64,000 nt of DNA from an uncultured bacterium (GCA_965552055.1 CBEVQO010000001.1:352001-416000), one strand, 5' to 3'. Counted from the first letter of the stretch, positions 46,203 through 58,170 are shown. Program-made: numbers and translations. The notes: a model not told the origin generated them from the letters alone.

Positions 46203-48269
46203 GTGGAATTCAAATTACATTCAAAATATAAGCCGACAGGCGATCAGCCACAGGCAATAGAAAAACTTGTTGAAGGAATAAAAAAAGGATACAGGTATCA
46301 AACACTGCTCGGAATAACAGGCTCAGGAAAGACATTTACAATAGCAAATGTAATAGAAAGAGTGCAGAAACCAACTCTTATAATCTCCCACAATAAAACC
46401 CTTGCAGCTCAATTATACGGCGAGTTAAAAGCATTTTTCCCGGAAAATGCAGTGGGATATTACATAAGTTATTATGATTATTACCAGCCAGAAGCATATC
46501 TTCCCGAAACCGATACATATATTGAAAAAGATGCGTCAATCGATGAGAATCTGGATAGATTGAGATTAGAAGCAACAAGTGCACTGCTCGAAAGGAGAGA
46601 CGTAATAATAGTAGCTTCGGTATCCTGTATTTTTGGTATAGGTAATCCCGATGAATTCAAAAAAGTAATAATTCAAATAAAAAAAGGAGATTTCCTGGAA
46701 AGAGATGTTTTTATTCAAAAACTTGTGGATATTCATTACGTTCGTAATGATGTTGATTTTTTAAGAGGGACATTCAGGGTTCGTGGTGATATTGTTGATG
46801 TTAGACCTTCGCATGCAAACTGGGGTTTGCGGGTGGAGTTCTGGGGCAATCAGATTGACAGAATAAGAAAAATTGACCCTGTTACAGGTGATACAATTGA
46901 AGATGTAGAAAGAGCCATCATTTACCCTGTTAAATACTTTGTTACAACAAAGCCACGCCTAGAAGAAGCGATAAAATCCATCGAAAAAGAACTGGAAGAA
47001 AGGGTAGAATACTTCAGGAAACAGGGAAAACTTGTAGAAGCTCAGAGATTATGGACAAGAACAAAATATGACCTCGAATTGCTAAGAGAGATAGGTTACT
47101 GTCCCGGTGTAGAAAACTATTCAAGGCATCTTGATGGAAGAAAACCGGGTCAGCGCCCTGCCTGCTTACTTGACTATTTCCCTGACGATTTCCTTTGTGT
47201 AATAGATGAATCTCACATGACAATCCCTCAGCTCCGTGCAATGTATAATCAAAACAGAGCAAGAAAAGAAACATTGATAAAATATGGATTTAGATTGCCA
47301 TCTGCACTTGATAACAGACCTTTAAAATTTGAAGAATTTTTATCACTTGTGAAACAGGTAATATTTGTATCAGCCACACCGGGTGAATTTGAGTATGAAG
47401 TATCACAGCAAGTTGTTGAACAGATAATAAGACCTACGGGTTTGCTTGAACCCGAAATCGAAGTGCGTCCAAAAAAGGGTCAAATTGAAGATTTGCTCAG
47501 TGAAATAAGGAAAAGGATACAAAAAGGAGAAAGAACACTTATTACCACTTTGACAAAAAGGATGGCAGAGGATCTGGCAGATTACCTTGCGAAGATGGGA
47601 GTAAAAGTTCGCTATTTACACGCAGAGATAGACCCTATTGACCGTGTGGATATCCTTAGAGGATTGAGATTGGGTGATTTTGATGTAATAGTGGGAGTAA
47701 ATCTTTTGAGAGAAGGGCTTGACCTTCCCGAAGTTTCACTTGTAGCAATACTCGATGCAGATAAACTTGGCTTTTTGCGTTCTTACACTTCTCTAATACA
47801 GATAGCTGGTAGAGCTGCGAGAAATGTAGATGGCAAGGTTATAATGTATGCTGACAAAATAACAGAGGCAATGGAAAAAGTGATAAAAGAAACAGAAAGA
47901 AGAAGGCGATTACAAATGGAATATAACAAAAAGCATGGTATAACGCCTCAAACAGTTTACAAAACAAAAGAAGAAATTTTGAAAACAACTATAGTGGCGG
48001 ATGCAGACCTGAAAGATGAGCGACACGAAGAACTCATGGAGGAAACTTTGCAATATCTTGATGAAAAACAGATTGAAGAACTTGAAAAAGAAATGAAGCG
48101 CCTGGCAGAAGAATTAAGGTTTGAGGAAGCAGCAATTATTCGTGATAAAATAAGAATGTTAAAAGGAGAATTGAAGCCAAAAGATTTGAAGAAGAAAAAA
48201 TATCACAAAAAAAGTCCCTTAATGAAACAATTGAGAAAATACGCAAAAGAACATCTTCGTGAGAAATAG
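46203..48269 (+). CDS. uvrB: Excinuclease ABC subunit B
   Basis: [41 protein letters not shown]. Confidence 0.98.
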   Translation: MEFKLHSKYKPTGDQPQAIEKLVEGIKKGYRYQTLLGITGSGKTFTIANVIERVQKPTLIISHNKTLAAQLYGELKAFFPENAVGYYISYYDYYQPEAYLPETDTYIEKDASIDENLDRLRLEATSALLERRDVIIVASVSCIFGIGNPDEFKKVIIQIKKGDFLERDVFIQKLVDIHYVRNDVDFLRGTFRVRGDIVDVRPSHANWGLRVEFWGNQIDRIRKIDPVTGDTIEDVERAIIYPVKYFVTTKPRLEEAIKSIEKELEERVEYFRKQGKLVEAQRLWTRTKYDLELLREIGYCPGVENYSRHLDGRKPGQRPACLLDYFPDDFLCVIDESHMTIPQLRAMYNQNRARKETLIKYGFRLPSALDNRPLKFEEFLSLVKQVIFVSATPGEFEYEVSQQVVEQIIRPTGLLEPEIEVRPKKGQIEDLLSEIRKRIQKGERTLITTLTKRMAEDLADYLAKMGVKVRYLHAEIDPIDRVDILRGLRLGDFDVIVGVNLLREGLDLPEVSLVAILDADKLGFLRSYTSLIQIAGRAARNVDGKVIMYADKITEAMEKVIKETERRRRLQMEYNKKHGITPQTVYKTKEEILKTTIVADADLKDERHEELMEETLQYLDEKQIEELEKEMKRLAEELRFEEAAIIRDKIRMLKGELKPKDLKKKKYHKKSPLMKQLRKYAKEHLREK

Positions 48270-51200
48270 TTATTTAATCAAAATTACTTTGCGTGTTGCT
48301 TCGAAATCTTTCGTATTTAATTTGAGGAAATAAATGCCTGTTGCACATTTTTTACCTTTATTGTCCTTACCATCCCATTTTATAGTGTAAATACCAGGAG
48401 AGAGTTTACTATCTAAAAGATTTCTGACGACTCTTCCTGTAATATCGTAAATTTTGATTTCTACATCCGACTTTCTACCGATGGAATATTTGATGACCAT
48501 TGAACCTTTGAAAGGATTAGGCATAGGATGTCCCATCCAGAATGTATAAGTAGGTTTGCTGGATGTTGGTAGTGCTCCACCTGTGGGACTACCAAGTGTA
48601 ATTAACTTCAGGGCAGGATCTGTTGATGCTTTCGTAGAAGGTCTATAAATGGTGACAATACATCTTAGAGAATCATAGGTAAGTGTATCAAGCGCTCTTA
48701 AATCTACCTCTCCTCTTATCTGATTTGTGAAGAAACCAGAAGAGTTTCCTGGTAAATCGGTATCGGATATGAGCTGCCAGACACCGTTTTGACGGTACTC
48801 AATTTGTACTTTGATAGAATCATCAGCTGAGGATTTCTCCCATATAAGATATCCCCAACCAAAAGGCCTTGGTTTGTTATAAGTCCTCGATAAATCTTTA
48901 TAGTATACTCCGAGTGTTATCATTGAACCTTCCGTGTTTGTTATTTTATACCATTTTACCAATTTGATGTTATCTACTGCAGCCGCCCAGCCCCAATTAC
49001 CTCCGTCAGTATAATGCCATCTTACCTGTACACTTTCGGCTGGTAGATAGGTTGACAAATCAATTTTTGAATTGCCACTGCCAGTTGCGTTATGCGTAGC
49101 AACCACTGTCCATGTTCCCCAAGAAATACCATCGTGGAATCTAACTTCAGCAGTCAGTTGTTCACCAGTTTGATAAAGTCTAAAGCCCCATCCATAATAC
49201 AAAGAGCATTGTACTGCATCTCCAATATATTTTGCGGGTGCAGTTAAATATTCGTCTGCCGTAGAATTATTTCTGCCTGCATCGTCATCAGAATAATATG
49301 CATAATAACTGCCAGCGGATGGTGGGTCATATCCTCCGAGATCACTTTGCCCTGTAGTTGTGATATTCCATGTATATCCATCATTATCACCATCTGTTAT
49401 CGTCCAGCCTGTAGGCAGACTACCTGATTCGAAGTTTTCATCAATTAATACTATTCTATTAGTAATAGTCTGGGATAACACTACGCTATCACCTTCTACA
49501 TAAGTCCCACCTGTAAATGTGTTTTCACTAAATTGCTCTCCGCTGCATTGAGTCCATGCACAAGTAGATTCTGGTAATGTTGTATCAACTACGAAACATC
49601 TGACCTCACTCCATGGACTCCAGCATCCCGAACCTGCTGGGTCTCTTGCTCGCACTTTCCACCAATATGTGACATTATGCGATAAAGTTGGGAATGAGAA
49701 AGTCACAGTGTCACCACTTGGATACAGTGAAGTGATACTACTTTCAGGTGTGGAAAAAATAGAACTTGTATCCCAATAAATTTTATATTCGATATCATCA
49801 CCCTCATTGTCAGTTGAATAAAATTGCACCTCAGGCGTAGGATCAAACACTCGTGCATTGTTAAAAACTTTAAGTATAGTAGGTTTTGAAGGAGCTCCGG
49901 AAACTATTGCAAAGCCTTCATATGGATAGTAATTATGTTTCGTAACTGTTATCCACATTGTATCACCTACATTTTGCGGATTTATATTAAATGTTACTGT
50001 ACCTGTTGCATCTGTATAATCTGCTTCATGCAACTCAGGTGTTTGAGTGTAAATCCACACACAAACAAGTGCATCTTCAATTGGAGTGACTCCATCATTG
50101 TCTTTAACAGTCACAGTAAAAGTACCTGGTCCTGGTGCTACAAAATTATCATGGATTACTTGTAATGTATCCGGAATATCTGTCCACATATCCATAGAAG
50201 GTTCATTAAATATATGATATGCTTCAAAGTAATATTGTTTGCGCGAAGATGAAGTATTGTTTTCAATCCAATAAAGTCCCCACTGTGTCCATCTTCCAAC
50301 TTCATATAATCTTCCGGGCACACTATCTGTAAACATTGCATCGAACTCTCTTCTCTGTAGCCAGTCATCTTCATCCCAATAAGTTGGAACTACACTTCCA
50401 AAATAGCTGACTCCTCCATGTTTATCTAATTTAGCCCATGTTTCTCCAAAACATTGGGTAACATTCGCATCTTCAAAATCACCTGTCAAACAACAGTGCC
50501 CTATTGCCATTGGATATCTATTAACATTTGTAGTTAAATTTGTCAACTCCGTTACATTGAAGTCACTTGAATATCCTATTGCCCACTGGTCTTTATCTCC
50601 ATGTGCTGTATAAACGCAAAATGCAATACCTGTATCATTTATCTCACTTACAATACGACCTTCTTCTTCACCTGATGCATAAATAAATGTATCAACATCT
50701 GCTACTGCATAACCGTTATTTATAAGCAATTGACGGCAATAAGCGTTTGTCGCGATTCCTACATTCTGGAAGTTTGCATCATATCCTGCAATGAATAATG
50801 CGCGCTTAAGCCAATCTGTTCCTTGTGCACCAAAATCTGCGTGTTCCCATTGTATTATTTTATTTACAGCAATTTTTCCTTCAATAGTATCATTTACGGA
50901 AATTCTTCCATAAAACATATCCGGCAAATATCCTACGCCGTCAACTTCTGCATAATATAGGTCTGTCTGATCGCCTGAACTATCACCTACTGCAGACGCA
51001 GGTAACCCAATCGTACTGGAATTCGGATCACCAATTATAACAAGGTAGGTAGCAATAGGGGTTTGCGCTTCAATTGTGTCATCAATTTGAGAAGCAGTCC
51101 AACCACTCGCATCCCACATTCTTACTTTAAATCCTTTCTTCTTTTTCCAACTCGCTAATAGATCAGCGATTACTTTACCTTCGCCTTTATAGAAAATGTC

Positions 51201-51938
51201 ATAATAAATGGGCACGGGAGCGACATCTTTTCTTTCGACATAGTTTAAAATCATCCTTTTCATAAAATGTTCCCACGCAGGAGAATAGTGTTTCTTTATC
51301 ATTTCTTCAGTTTTTTGTAGGTCACCACCTATAGACACAACACGCGCAACGATTTTAGTGTAAACTTTTATTTTGTCTGTAACAGGGTTATACTGGATAG
51401 GGTAAAAGCAAACAGTCACAATTCTATGTCCGCGAGCAAAGCCTTCGTGGTGCATCAAATCAACAAGTTTGCCGGGGTAATACTCATTTGTAGAATAAGT
51501 TTTTTCATCAAGAACGAATACAGGGCGCGCACCTTTTATCTTTGGAACAGAAGCAAGTGCAGGCATTATTCTATAAGGAATGCCCAAATCTTCGAGCGAT
51601 ATTTCTTTGTATTCAGCGTCTATTACTTCGATTTTCAATTCTGCCTCATGCGGTACTTCGATTACACCTGTCAGCATTGGCATTTTCGGTTTACCTATTT
51701 CTCCAGTGTACGCATAGCCAGGTAACCTTAATAACGCAAATGTTTCACCCGTTGAGTTTTCCATGAAGTCAGTTTTTATAACTTTGTAATCTACTCCCTT
51801 AACTTCAGCTTCCAATGTTACATCCACCAGTGACTTTGTAAGACACCTGACACTCGGTTTTTGCGGCTCCTTTGTACCATCAAAAGGAATCCATTTACCT
51901 TCAATAAATACAAACGATAGAAACACCAATACCAGCAT
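48270..51938 (-). CDS. C25 (gingipain-like) cysteine peptidase with propeptide, Ig/FN3/adhesin-like modules and FlgD/T9SS-like C-terminus
   Basis: GKPKMP, YPIQYNP, TDLYY, GRIS, YTAHG, HCCLTGDF, PNPF...YDITGR...WDGKD...GIYF. Confidence 0.88.
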   Translation of the reverse strand: MLVLVFLSFVFIEGKWIPFDGTKEPQKPSVRCLTKSLVDVTLEAEVKGVDYKVIKTDFMENSTGETFALLRLPGYAYTGEIGKPKMPMLTGVIEVPHEAELKIEVIDAEYKEISLEDLGIPYRIMPALASVPKIKGARPVFVLDEKTYSTNEYYPGKLVDLMHHEGFARGHRIVTVCFYPIQYNPVTDKIKVYTKIVARVVSIGGDLQKTEEMIKKHYSPAWEHFMKRMILNYVERKDVAPVPIYYDIFYKGEGKVIADLLASWKKKKGFKVRMWDASGWTASQIDDTIEAQTPIATYLVIIGDPNSSTIGLPASAVGDSSGDQTDLYYAEVDGVGYLPDMFYGRISVNDTIEGKIAVNKIIQWEHADFGAQGTDWLKRALFIAGYDANFQNVGIATNAYCRQLLINNGYAVADVDTFIYASGEEEGRIVSEINDTGIAFCVYTAHGDKDQWAIGYSSDFNVTELTNLTTNVNRYPMAIGHCCLTGDFEDANVTQCFGETWAKLDKHGGVSYFGSVVPTYWDEDDWLQRREFDAMFTDSVPGRLYEVGRWTQWGLYWIENNTSSSRKQYYFEAYHIFNEPSMDMWTDIPDTLQVIHDNFVAPGPGTFTVTVKDNDGVTPIEDALVCVWIYTQTPELHEADYTDATGTVTFNINPQNVGDTMWITVTKHNYYPYEGFAIVSGAPSKPTILKVFNNARVFDPTPEVQFYSTDNEGDDIEYKIYWDTSSIFSTPESSITSLYPSGDTVTFSFPTLSHNVTYWWKVRARDPAGSGCWSPWSEVRCFVVDTTLPESTCAWTQCSGEQFSENTFTGGTYVEGDSVVLSQTITNRIVLIDENFESGSLPTGWTITDGDNDGYTWNITTTGQSDLGGYDPPSAGSYYAYYSDDDAGRNNSTADEYLTAPAKYIGDAVQCSLYYGWGFRLYQTGEQLTAEVRFHDGISWGTWTVVATHNATGSGNSKIDLSTYLPAESVQVRWHYTDGGNWGWAAAVDNIKLVKWYKITNTEGSMITLGVYYKDLSRTYNKPRPFGWGYLIWEKSSADDSIKVQIEYRQNGVWQLISDTDLPGNSSGFFTNQIRGEVDLRALDTLTYDSLRCIVTIYRPSTKASTDPALKLITLGSPTGGALPTSSKPTYTFWMGHPMPNPFKGSMVIKYSIGRKSDVEIKIYDITGRVVRNLLDSKLSPGIYTIKWDGKDNKGKKCATGIYFLKLNTKDFEATRKVILIK

Positions 51939-52048
51939 CCCCCCTCCTTTTTGGCTTATTTAAGCAAGCAAAAATTATAACATTAAAAATTTTAAATATT
52001 TCCTTATGAAATTAACATTTTTGTGAAACACTTCATGCACATCTTGCA

Positions 52049-53956
52049 TTATTTTTGCAATTTTTGCAATCTTTTATATACACCTTTTACTTTTGGATTT
52101 ATTCTCAATGCTTTTTTGTACATTTTAATTGCATTTTTAATTTCTCCTTTTATCTCGTAGAGTAAACCAAGTTTGGCATAAGGTTCAGCGTATCCTTGGA
52201 TTTTGAGTCTTATTGCTGCTTTATACATTTCTTCTGCCATTTCATACTTACCCTTTACAAAATAAAGAAAACCAAGCCGTGTAAAATGCATTGCTCGAAT
52301 ATAATCTTCTTTTGTAACATTAATCACTTTCCTATACATTATAATGGCTGAATCTATTCGGGTCTTCATCTCATACAATCTGCCAAGCATCGAATAGGGT
52401 ACATAGCAATCAGGGTCTTCCTTTATCTTCCTTTTTAATTCAATAAAAATACTGTCGTGGACAATTTGTTTTAAAGGAGTAATTGCTGGATTGAAAAATT
52501 TATATCTCTTAATGCCAGGAGCATCCTTAATATAAATTACAAATTTATCGTCAAAATAACAAAGATTCCATTTTTCACTATTCCATAAATAGTCATGAAT
52601 AGGGTAATTCGTTGCTCCGAAAACATAATCGACTAAAACACATTTTATCTTGTATTTTTCCAATATTTTTTCGAAATTTTCTTTAGCATACAGCACTTTC
52701 AAATAGTTTTCAATTATATCTTTACCGCACACATCGCTGCGACCATCAATGAATACTTTAAAGCCACGCCAGATTAAGTATTCACCAATATTATATGTAT
52801 TGAATATGTTCCCACAAATTTCATTCTTTTTCAAAAAATCTACTGCTTTTTTGGGCAAATTCCTTTCATCGATTCCAAATTCTACAAATCTTTTAACTCC
52901 GCCACTTATTATCTGTCCACATTTAAATGTATATACCGTAAGTAATAAAATTATTCCTTCAATGAGAAATCCAGCCCATTTTTTCTTTACCTTTATTCTG
53001 GCACTAAAATTATAAGCAACAATTGGCGCAGATATTATTAAAAATATAGGTATATTCCTTATAGCGAAAATTGGAAGAACTACAAAAAATATAAAGAGAA
53101 AAACATGCAGAAGATTAATTCTTTTGTTAAAAAAGAAGGAAAAAATACAAAAGATTAAGTATGTTTTAAATAAGTTAAGTGGCAAAATTCCTTTGTGTGC
53201 AAGATGAAAAAGTGGATTATATTCACTAATAAAAGAAAGAACATAGCGCGATTCTTTGAAAGCAAACAGCCATTGAATGGGTTTTATCAAAATTTTATAT
53301 CCCCATGGATTAATCAGGATGCCTGTGCATGCTATAATTAAAAAACACAGATGATTCAAACATCTTTTAAAGTTTCTTTTTAAAAGATTAGTCATTAGAA
53401 AAATTCCTATGAGTGATAATCCGTATAGAAATCCAAGATGAAAATTTGACCATAAAGTAAAAATAAGAAAAATCAACAGTGCAATTTTCTTAAACGGGAT
53501 TTTACTTTTTTCGTATGAAAACAATGCTAATTGAAGTAAGCTAAGTAATAAAAAGCTGATAATTTGTGCACGGGTTCTATAACCAGGTCCAAATGATAAA
53601 ATTAAAAGCATAAATATTAAAGCACAGATATAAACATCCGCTTTTAGAACTTTTTGTGCAGTTAAAAAAACTATCAGCAGAGTTAGAGAAAGGAGTAAAT
53701 ATTTTAGAATGATGAGACCTTTAGCTCCTGTTTTTGAGTAAACGGAATAAAAAATAACGGAAGAAAGCCAGTGGTGTGGTATCCATTCTCTGCCATATGC
53801 AGTATAAGTGAAAATATCTTTGCGAGGGATGGTATGGTTTTCTAAAATGTACTTTCCTGTATAAAAATGCAACCAAATATCAGGGTCAGAGATTTTAAAA
53901 ATCGACATCGATGAGAGAAAAAGAAATAAAAGTAAAATTAGCCGCAAATTTCTCAC
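52049..53956 (-). CDS. Polytopic membrane protein (GT-C-like) with C-terminal TPR
   Basis: DPDIWLH..TG.YI, D.FTYT...W..H.WL, LWSNFHLGF, FIDGRSD, TPR tail. Confidence 0.7.
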   Translation of the reverse strand: MRNLRLILLLFLFLSSMSIFKISDPDIWLHFYTGKYILENHTIPRKDIFTYTAYGREWIPHHWLSSVIFYSVYSKTGAKGLIILKYLLLSLTLLIVFLTAQKVLKADVYICALIFMLLILSFGPGYRTRAQIISFLLLSLLQLALFSYEKSKIPFKKIALLIFLIFTLWSNFHLGFLYGLSLIGIFLMTNLLKRNFKRCLNHLCFLIIACTGILINPWGYKILIKPIQWLFAFKESRYVLSFISEYNPLFHLAHKGILPLNLFKTYLIFCIFSFFFNKRINLLHVFLFIFFVVLPIFAIRNIPIFLIISAPIVAYNFSARIKVKKKWAGFLIEGIILLLTVYTFKCGQIISGGVKRFVEFGIDERNLPKKAVDFLKKNEICGNIFNTYNIGEYLIWRGFKVFIDGRSDVCGKDIIENYLKVLYAKENFEKILEKYKIKCVLVDYVFGATNYPIHDYLWNSEKWNLCYFDDKFVIYIKDAPGIKRYKFFNPAITPLKQIVHDSIFIELKRKIKEDPDCYVPYSMLGRLYEMKTRIDSAIIMYRKVINVTKEDYIRAMHFTRLGFLYFVKGKYEMAEEMYKAAIRLKIQGYAEPYAKLGLLYEIKGEIKNAIKMYKKALRINPKVKGVYKRLQKLQK

Positions 53957-54038
53957 TTTAATTTTATATTTTAATCTGGCTTTGTCAATCTTTTTAGGCT
54001 ATTTTTATTGACAAAATTAGAAAGCGATTACATATCTT

Positions 54039-55403
54039 ATGATGAAAGAAAGTTTGCTCGATTATTTGCGCGATATTTATATCGCTTTACCGGAAGATAT
54101 AAGAGATGTTTATAAATTCTTTTTTCCCATTGAGAGATTAGCACTTCATTATTCTTCTTTTTTAATGTATTCGCAATGGTTTTCTGAAGAAAAAATAAAA
54201 GAATATCAAATAAAAGAACTAAAAAAATTACTTTCCCACGCATATAAAAATTCAAGATGGTATAGAAGAATATTATCAAAAGCAGATATTTCTGATGCAG
54301 ATTTTGAAGATTTTAAAGTTTTATCAAAACTTCCTATCTTAAAGAAAGAAGATTTAAAACATCATTTAGAAGAGATTTGCATTGAGAATTATAAAAGATA
54401 TTTTCACATTAGAGGGAGTTCGAGTGGTTCTACGGGTACTCCTGTGCAGTTTGTTGCAGGTAAAAGATGGATAGCTTTCGGTAAAGCGGTTGTGAACAGG
54501 TTTATGAAATGGCATAACTGCGATATTAAGTTGAGAAAACTGGAGATAATGTATAGAATGACAGATGACCTTTATATTAAGAGATGGAAGAAATTGATAA
54601 TCTCTGCATTCAAAATCGGTGATAAAACTGCATCACAAATTGTAAAACTGATAAAAGAGTTTAAACCACAGGTAATAAGGAGTTTTCCCATGACAATCCA
54701 TACATTGATAAAGTATCTTAAAAAATATAATGTTAAAATTAGACCAAAAATGATTTTCACAACTTCAGAGACTTTGTTTCCTCATATTAAAGAAGAAATT
54801 GAAAAATTTTTTGTCTGCAAAGTATTCGATTTTTATGGAGGAAATGAGACGAATGTAACGGCATGCGATTGTGAATACCAGTCAAAACATGTAAATTTTG
54901 AATGCGGTATTTTAGAAATAGTAGATGAAAAAGGCAAACCTGTTCCTGAAGGAAAAGAAGGTTTTGTTGTTATTACAGATTTTACAAATTATTTGATGCC
55001 TTTAATAAGATACGAAATGAGAGATTTAGCAGTTTTATCGAAAGAAAAATGCTTATGCGGTAGAAATTCACCTGTAATCGAGAAGTTACTCGGAAGACAG
55101 GATGATATTCTAATAACGAAAGATATGAATTATGTAAGTAGATTGGATGAAGCTTTTCACAAAAGCAAAGGAATTTTTGAAGCCCAAATTGTTCAGGAAA
55201 AACCAGGGTATGCGGTAATCAAGATAGTGAAAGACGAAGATTTTCAGCAAAAAGATTTAGAGATTTTGACAGAAGAACTGAAAAAAAGATTGGGTAAAGA
55301 TTTTGAAATAGAATTTGAATTTGTGGATGAAATCCCCCGTTTAAAATCGGGAAAATATAAATTTGTGATTAATAAGTGCTTGGAGAATTTAGAAAGGACA
55401 TAA
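54039..55403 (+). CDS. Phenylacetate-CoA ligase family / CapK-like protein
   Basis: LPILKKEDL, SSGSTGTP, FYGGNE, MPLIRYEMRD, SGKYK. Confidence 0.85.
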   Translation: MMKESLLDYLRDIYIALPEDIRDVYKFFFPIERLALHYSSFLMYSQWFSEEKIKEYQIKELKKLLSHAYKNSRWYRRILSKADISDADFEDFKVLSKLPILKKEDLKHHLEEICIENYKRYFHIRGSSSGSTGTPVQFVAGKRWIAFGKAVVNRFMKWHNCDIKLRKLEIMYRMTDDLYIKRWKKLIISAFKIGDKTASQIVKLIKEFKPQVIRSFPMTIHTLIKYLKKYNVKIRPKMIFTTSETLFPHIKEEIEKFFVCKVFDFYGGNETNVTACDCEYQSKHVNFECGILEIVDEKGKPVPEGKEGFVVITDFTNYLMPLIRYEMRDLAVLSKEKCLCGRNSPVIEKLLGRQDDILITKDMNYVSRLDEAFHKSKGIFEAQIVQEKPGYAVIKIVKDEDFQQKDLEILTEELKKRLGKDFEIEFEFVDEIPRLKSGKYKFVINKCLENLERT

Positions 55404-56536
55404 AGGATTATCTTTCAGGGCATTTAATTCCTCCTGCGATAAATTTGGCTTATATTGCTATATTTACCAGAATTTTTCCGCCTTCTGCTTATGGTAAATT
55501 TATTTTGTTGATGGTTACCATAAATTTTTGTTTTAACTTTTCATCGACATGGATTTATAATGGAATAATAAGATTTTATCCCGAAGAGAAAGAGAAAATT
55601 TCTAAAATTTTGTTTCTTTTAACCCTTTTATCATCACTTCCTTTTATTTTCATTTTTTTCTTTTTTGAAGGTATTTATTTCAAATTAGGAGCGTTATTAT
55701 TTATTTTGAAAAGTATTTTTGATAATTCACTTGCATTTTTACAGGCACAAAGAAAAGCAAAAAAATTCTCTGCCATGCAAATAGCTTATTCTTGTTTAAA
55801 TTTAATCTTTTCTTTCATTTTTGTGAAATTTCTGAGAATTGGACTAAATGGCTTAGTTATGGGAGGAATTTTTGCTGTTCTTGTTTTGCTTTTTATGTTG
55901 AAAGAGGTAAAAATTGAATTTTATTTTGAAAAGAAGATAGCAAAAGCAATGTTAAATTACGGTGTCCCTTTAACATTTTCTAACCTTTTTTCACTTTCGC
56001 TTATTTATATTGACAGGTACTTTATAAACTTTTTTTTATCAGAAAAAGAAGTTGGTATTTATTCGGTAAGTTATACATTAGCAGAGCGTTTTATAATTTT
56101 GCTGACTTCGTTATTTGTGACAGCAAGCAGACCTATATGTTTTCAGCTATATACCAAATCAAAAGAACAGGCTGTAAAATACAATAAGAAAATTTCAAAA
56201 ATATTTGTAGTTATAGGTTTATGTCTTACTCTTTTAATTATAACATTTTCAAAATTGATTTTAAAAATATTTGCAGGGAAAGAATTCTGGGAAGGAATCA
56301 CAATTTTCCCCTATATAACATTTTCTGCTTTTTTCTTCGGTTTACAGAAAATCAGCGAAACTTTTATACTTCTGGAGAAAAAGACAAAGATTTTGCTTTT
56401 TATCTTTATGATAGCATGTTTCTTAAACATCGCACTTAACTTTGTTTTAATCCCTAAGTTTGGCATTACAGGAGCAGCTATTTCGACATTTATTGCATAT
56501 TTAACACTTTTTATTCTTACCGCAATAAATAGTTGA
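55376..56536 (+). CDS. Polysaccharide flippase (Wzx-like)
   Basis: Multiple TM segments, YGVPL, IDRYFI, VGIYS, LIPKFGITGAAIST. Confidence 0.85.
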   Translation: MLGEFRKDIKDYLSGHLIPPAINLAYIAIFTRIFPPSAYGKFILLMVTINFCFNFSSTWIYNGIIRFYPEEKEKISKILFLLTLLSSLPFIFIFFFFEGIYFKLGALLFILKSIFDNSLAFLQAQRKAKKFSAMQIAYSCLNLIFSFIFVKFLRIGLNGLVMGGIFAVLVLLFMLKEVKIEFYFEKKIAKAMLNYGVPLTFSNLFSLSLIYIDRYFINFFLSEKEVGIYSVSYTLAERFIILLTSLFVTASRPICFQLYTKSKEQAVKYNKKISKIFVVIGLCLTLLIITFSKLILKIFAGKEFWEGITIFPYITFSAFFFGLQKISETFILLEKKTKILLFIFMIACFLNIALNFVLIPKFGITGAAISTFIAYLTLFILTAINS

Positions 56537-56564
56537 CAAGGATGTATTGAGGTTAAAATGTAAG

Positions 56565-57602
56565 GTGAGAGCTATTGCTAAAACTTTTGCAAAGGAAGGT
56601 CTCGAGATAATTGATGTTAAGATACCTGAGATTAAGGAGAAAGAAGTTTTAATAAAAGTAAAAATGGCAGCCATTTGTGGGACAGATGTTCATATTTATA
56701 AATGGGATGAGTGGGCTCAAAGCAGGATAAAAATACCTCAAATTATAGGACATGAATTTTGTGGAGAAGTTGTTGAAGTGGGCAAAGCAGTTTCGAAAGT
56801 GAAAAAAGGCGATTTTGTATCTGCTGAGACGCATATTGTTTGTGGCAGGTGCATACAATGTTTATCAGGTCAGATGCATTTGTGTTCAAATTTGAAAATA
56901 CTGGGTGTCGATTGTGATGGATGTTTTGCGGAATATGTGAAGATACCGGAAGATATTGTCTGGATCAATGAACCTTCTTTGCCACCTGAAATTGCAGCTA
57001 TTCAAGAGCCTTTCGGTAATGCTGTTTATTGTACACTTGTTGAGCCTGTTAATGGCAAATCTGTGCTAATAATGGGTGCCGGACCTCAGGGACTATTTGC
57101 TACAGCTATTGCCCGTGCATCAGGAGCAACTCTTGTAATCGTGGTTGAGCCATCGGATTTCCGTAGAAAAATGGCAAAAGAACTGGGCGCCGATGTGGTT
57201 ATAAATCCAAATAAAGAGAATGTTGAAGAAATTGTTATGGAAATGACAAAAGGAGTGGGAGTAGATGTGTTTCTTGATATGGCTGGTATCGAATATTCTA
57301 TAAAAACAGGACTTAAACTCTTAAGAAAAGGAGGAAGATTCTCTGCGTTTGGTATTCCTTCGAGACCTATTTCGATAAATTTCGCTGATGACATAATTTT
57401 CAAAGGTATAACAATTTACGGCATAAACGGTAGATTGATGTTCGATACATGGGTTAAAGCGAGAAATTTTCTATCAACTAAAAGAATAGATATTTCTAAA
57501 GTAATCACCCATAAGTTTAAATTCTCCGAATTTAATAAAGCGTTTGAAATATTAACTTCACCTGAAAAGAATTGTGGCAAGATATTGCTTATTCCCGATT
57601 AA
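56565..57602 (+). CDS. tdh: L-threonine 3-dehydrogenase
   Basis: ICGTDVHIYKWDEWAQ, GHEF, SAETHIVCG.C..C, EPFGNAV, GINGRLMFDTW. GTG start 5 nt after TTGACA-N15-TAAAAT. Confidence 0.92.
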   Translation: MRAIAKTFAKEGLEIIDVKIPEIKEKEVLIKVKMAAICGTDVHIYKWDEWAQSRIKIPQIIGHEFCGEVVEVGKAVSKVKKGDFVSAETHIVCGRCIQCLSGQMHLCSNLKILGVDCDGCFAEYVKIPEDIVWINEPSLPPEIAAIQEPFGNAVYCTLVEPVNGKSVLIMGAGPQGLFATAIARASGATLVIVVEPSDFRRKMAKELGADVVINPNKENVEEIVMEMTKGVGVDVFLDMAGIEYSIKTGLKLLRKGGRFSAFGIPSRPISINFADDIIFKGITIYGINGRLMFDTWVKARNFLSTKRIDISKVITHKFKFSEFNKAFEILTSPEKNCGKILLIPD

Positions 57603-58170
57603 TCCTTTTCTTTATGTATTCGCAGTAGAGGGCAATTGCAGGGTTGTGACCCAACACTCTATCTTTTACGATAAAAGTGGTAACAGGTGCTTTTGAATAT
57701 CTTGTAAAAATTATATCATGACCTATACACAATCCACAAATTATATTTAAATCGGTCTTCTTTTCATTCAAAATATATGCCTGGCCTACTGGATTACACA
57801 TCGCTTCTTCTCTTTCTTCTATTATCTTTTTAAGATTAAATTCATCTTTTGAAATTCCACAGACTTTACAACAAACAGAATAAACTTCAAAACCTGCATT
57901 TTCAAGAATTTGAGATAAAATTTTGGCTTCATGGGATAAACCAATACAAAAAGCAATTCCTATCTTTTTATAATTCATTCTTCGGCAAAATTCTATTATT
58001 TCTTCTAACCTATTCTTTTTGCAATAAAATTCACCTTCGATAGAAGTCGCTACCTTCATCATTTCTTTTAATTTCTCGTCCTTTTCATAAATTTCTTTTA
58101 TTTTTTCTTTTAAATTAAAGCAATCTTTTCCCTTATAACAATCTTTATTTTTACAATTTACACATTTCAT
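57589..58170 (-). CDS. DUF1847 domain protein
   Basis: KIGIAFCIGL, CCKVCG, CNPVGQA, GLCIGHD, VKDRVLGHNP. Confidence 0.88.
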   Translation of the reverse strand: MKCVNCKNKDCYKGKDCFNLKEKIKEIYEKDEKLKEMMKVATSIEGEFYCKKNRLEEIIEFCRRMNYKKIGIAFCIGLSHEAKILSQILENAGFEVYSVCCKVCGISKDEFNLKKIIEEREEAMCNPVGQAYILNEKKTDLNIICGLCIGHDIIFTRYSKAPVTTFIVKDRVLGHNPAIALYCEYIKKRINRE

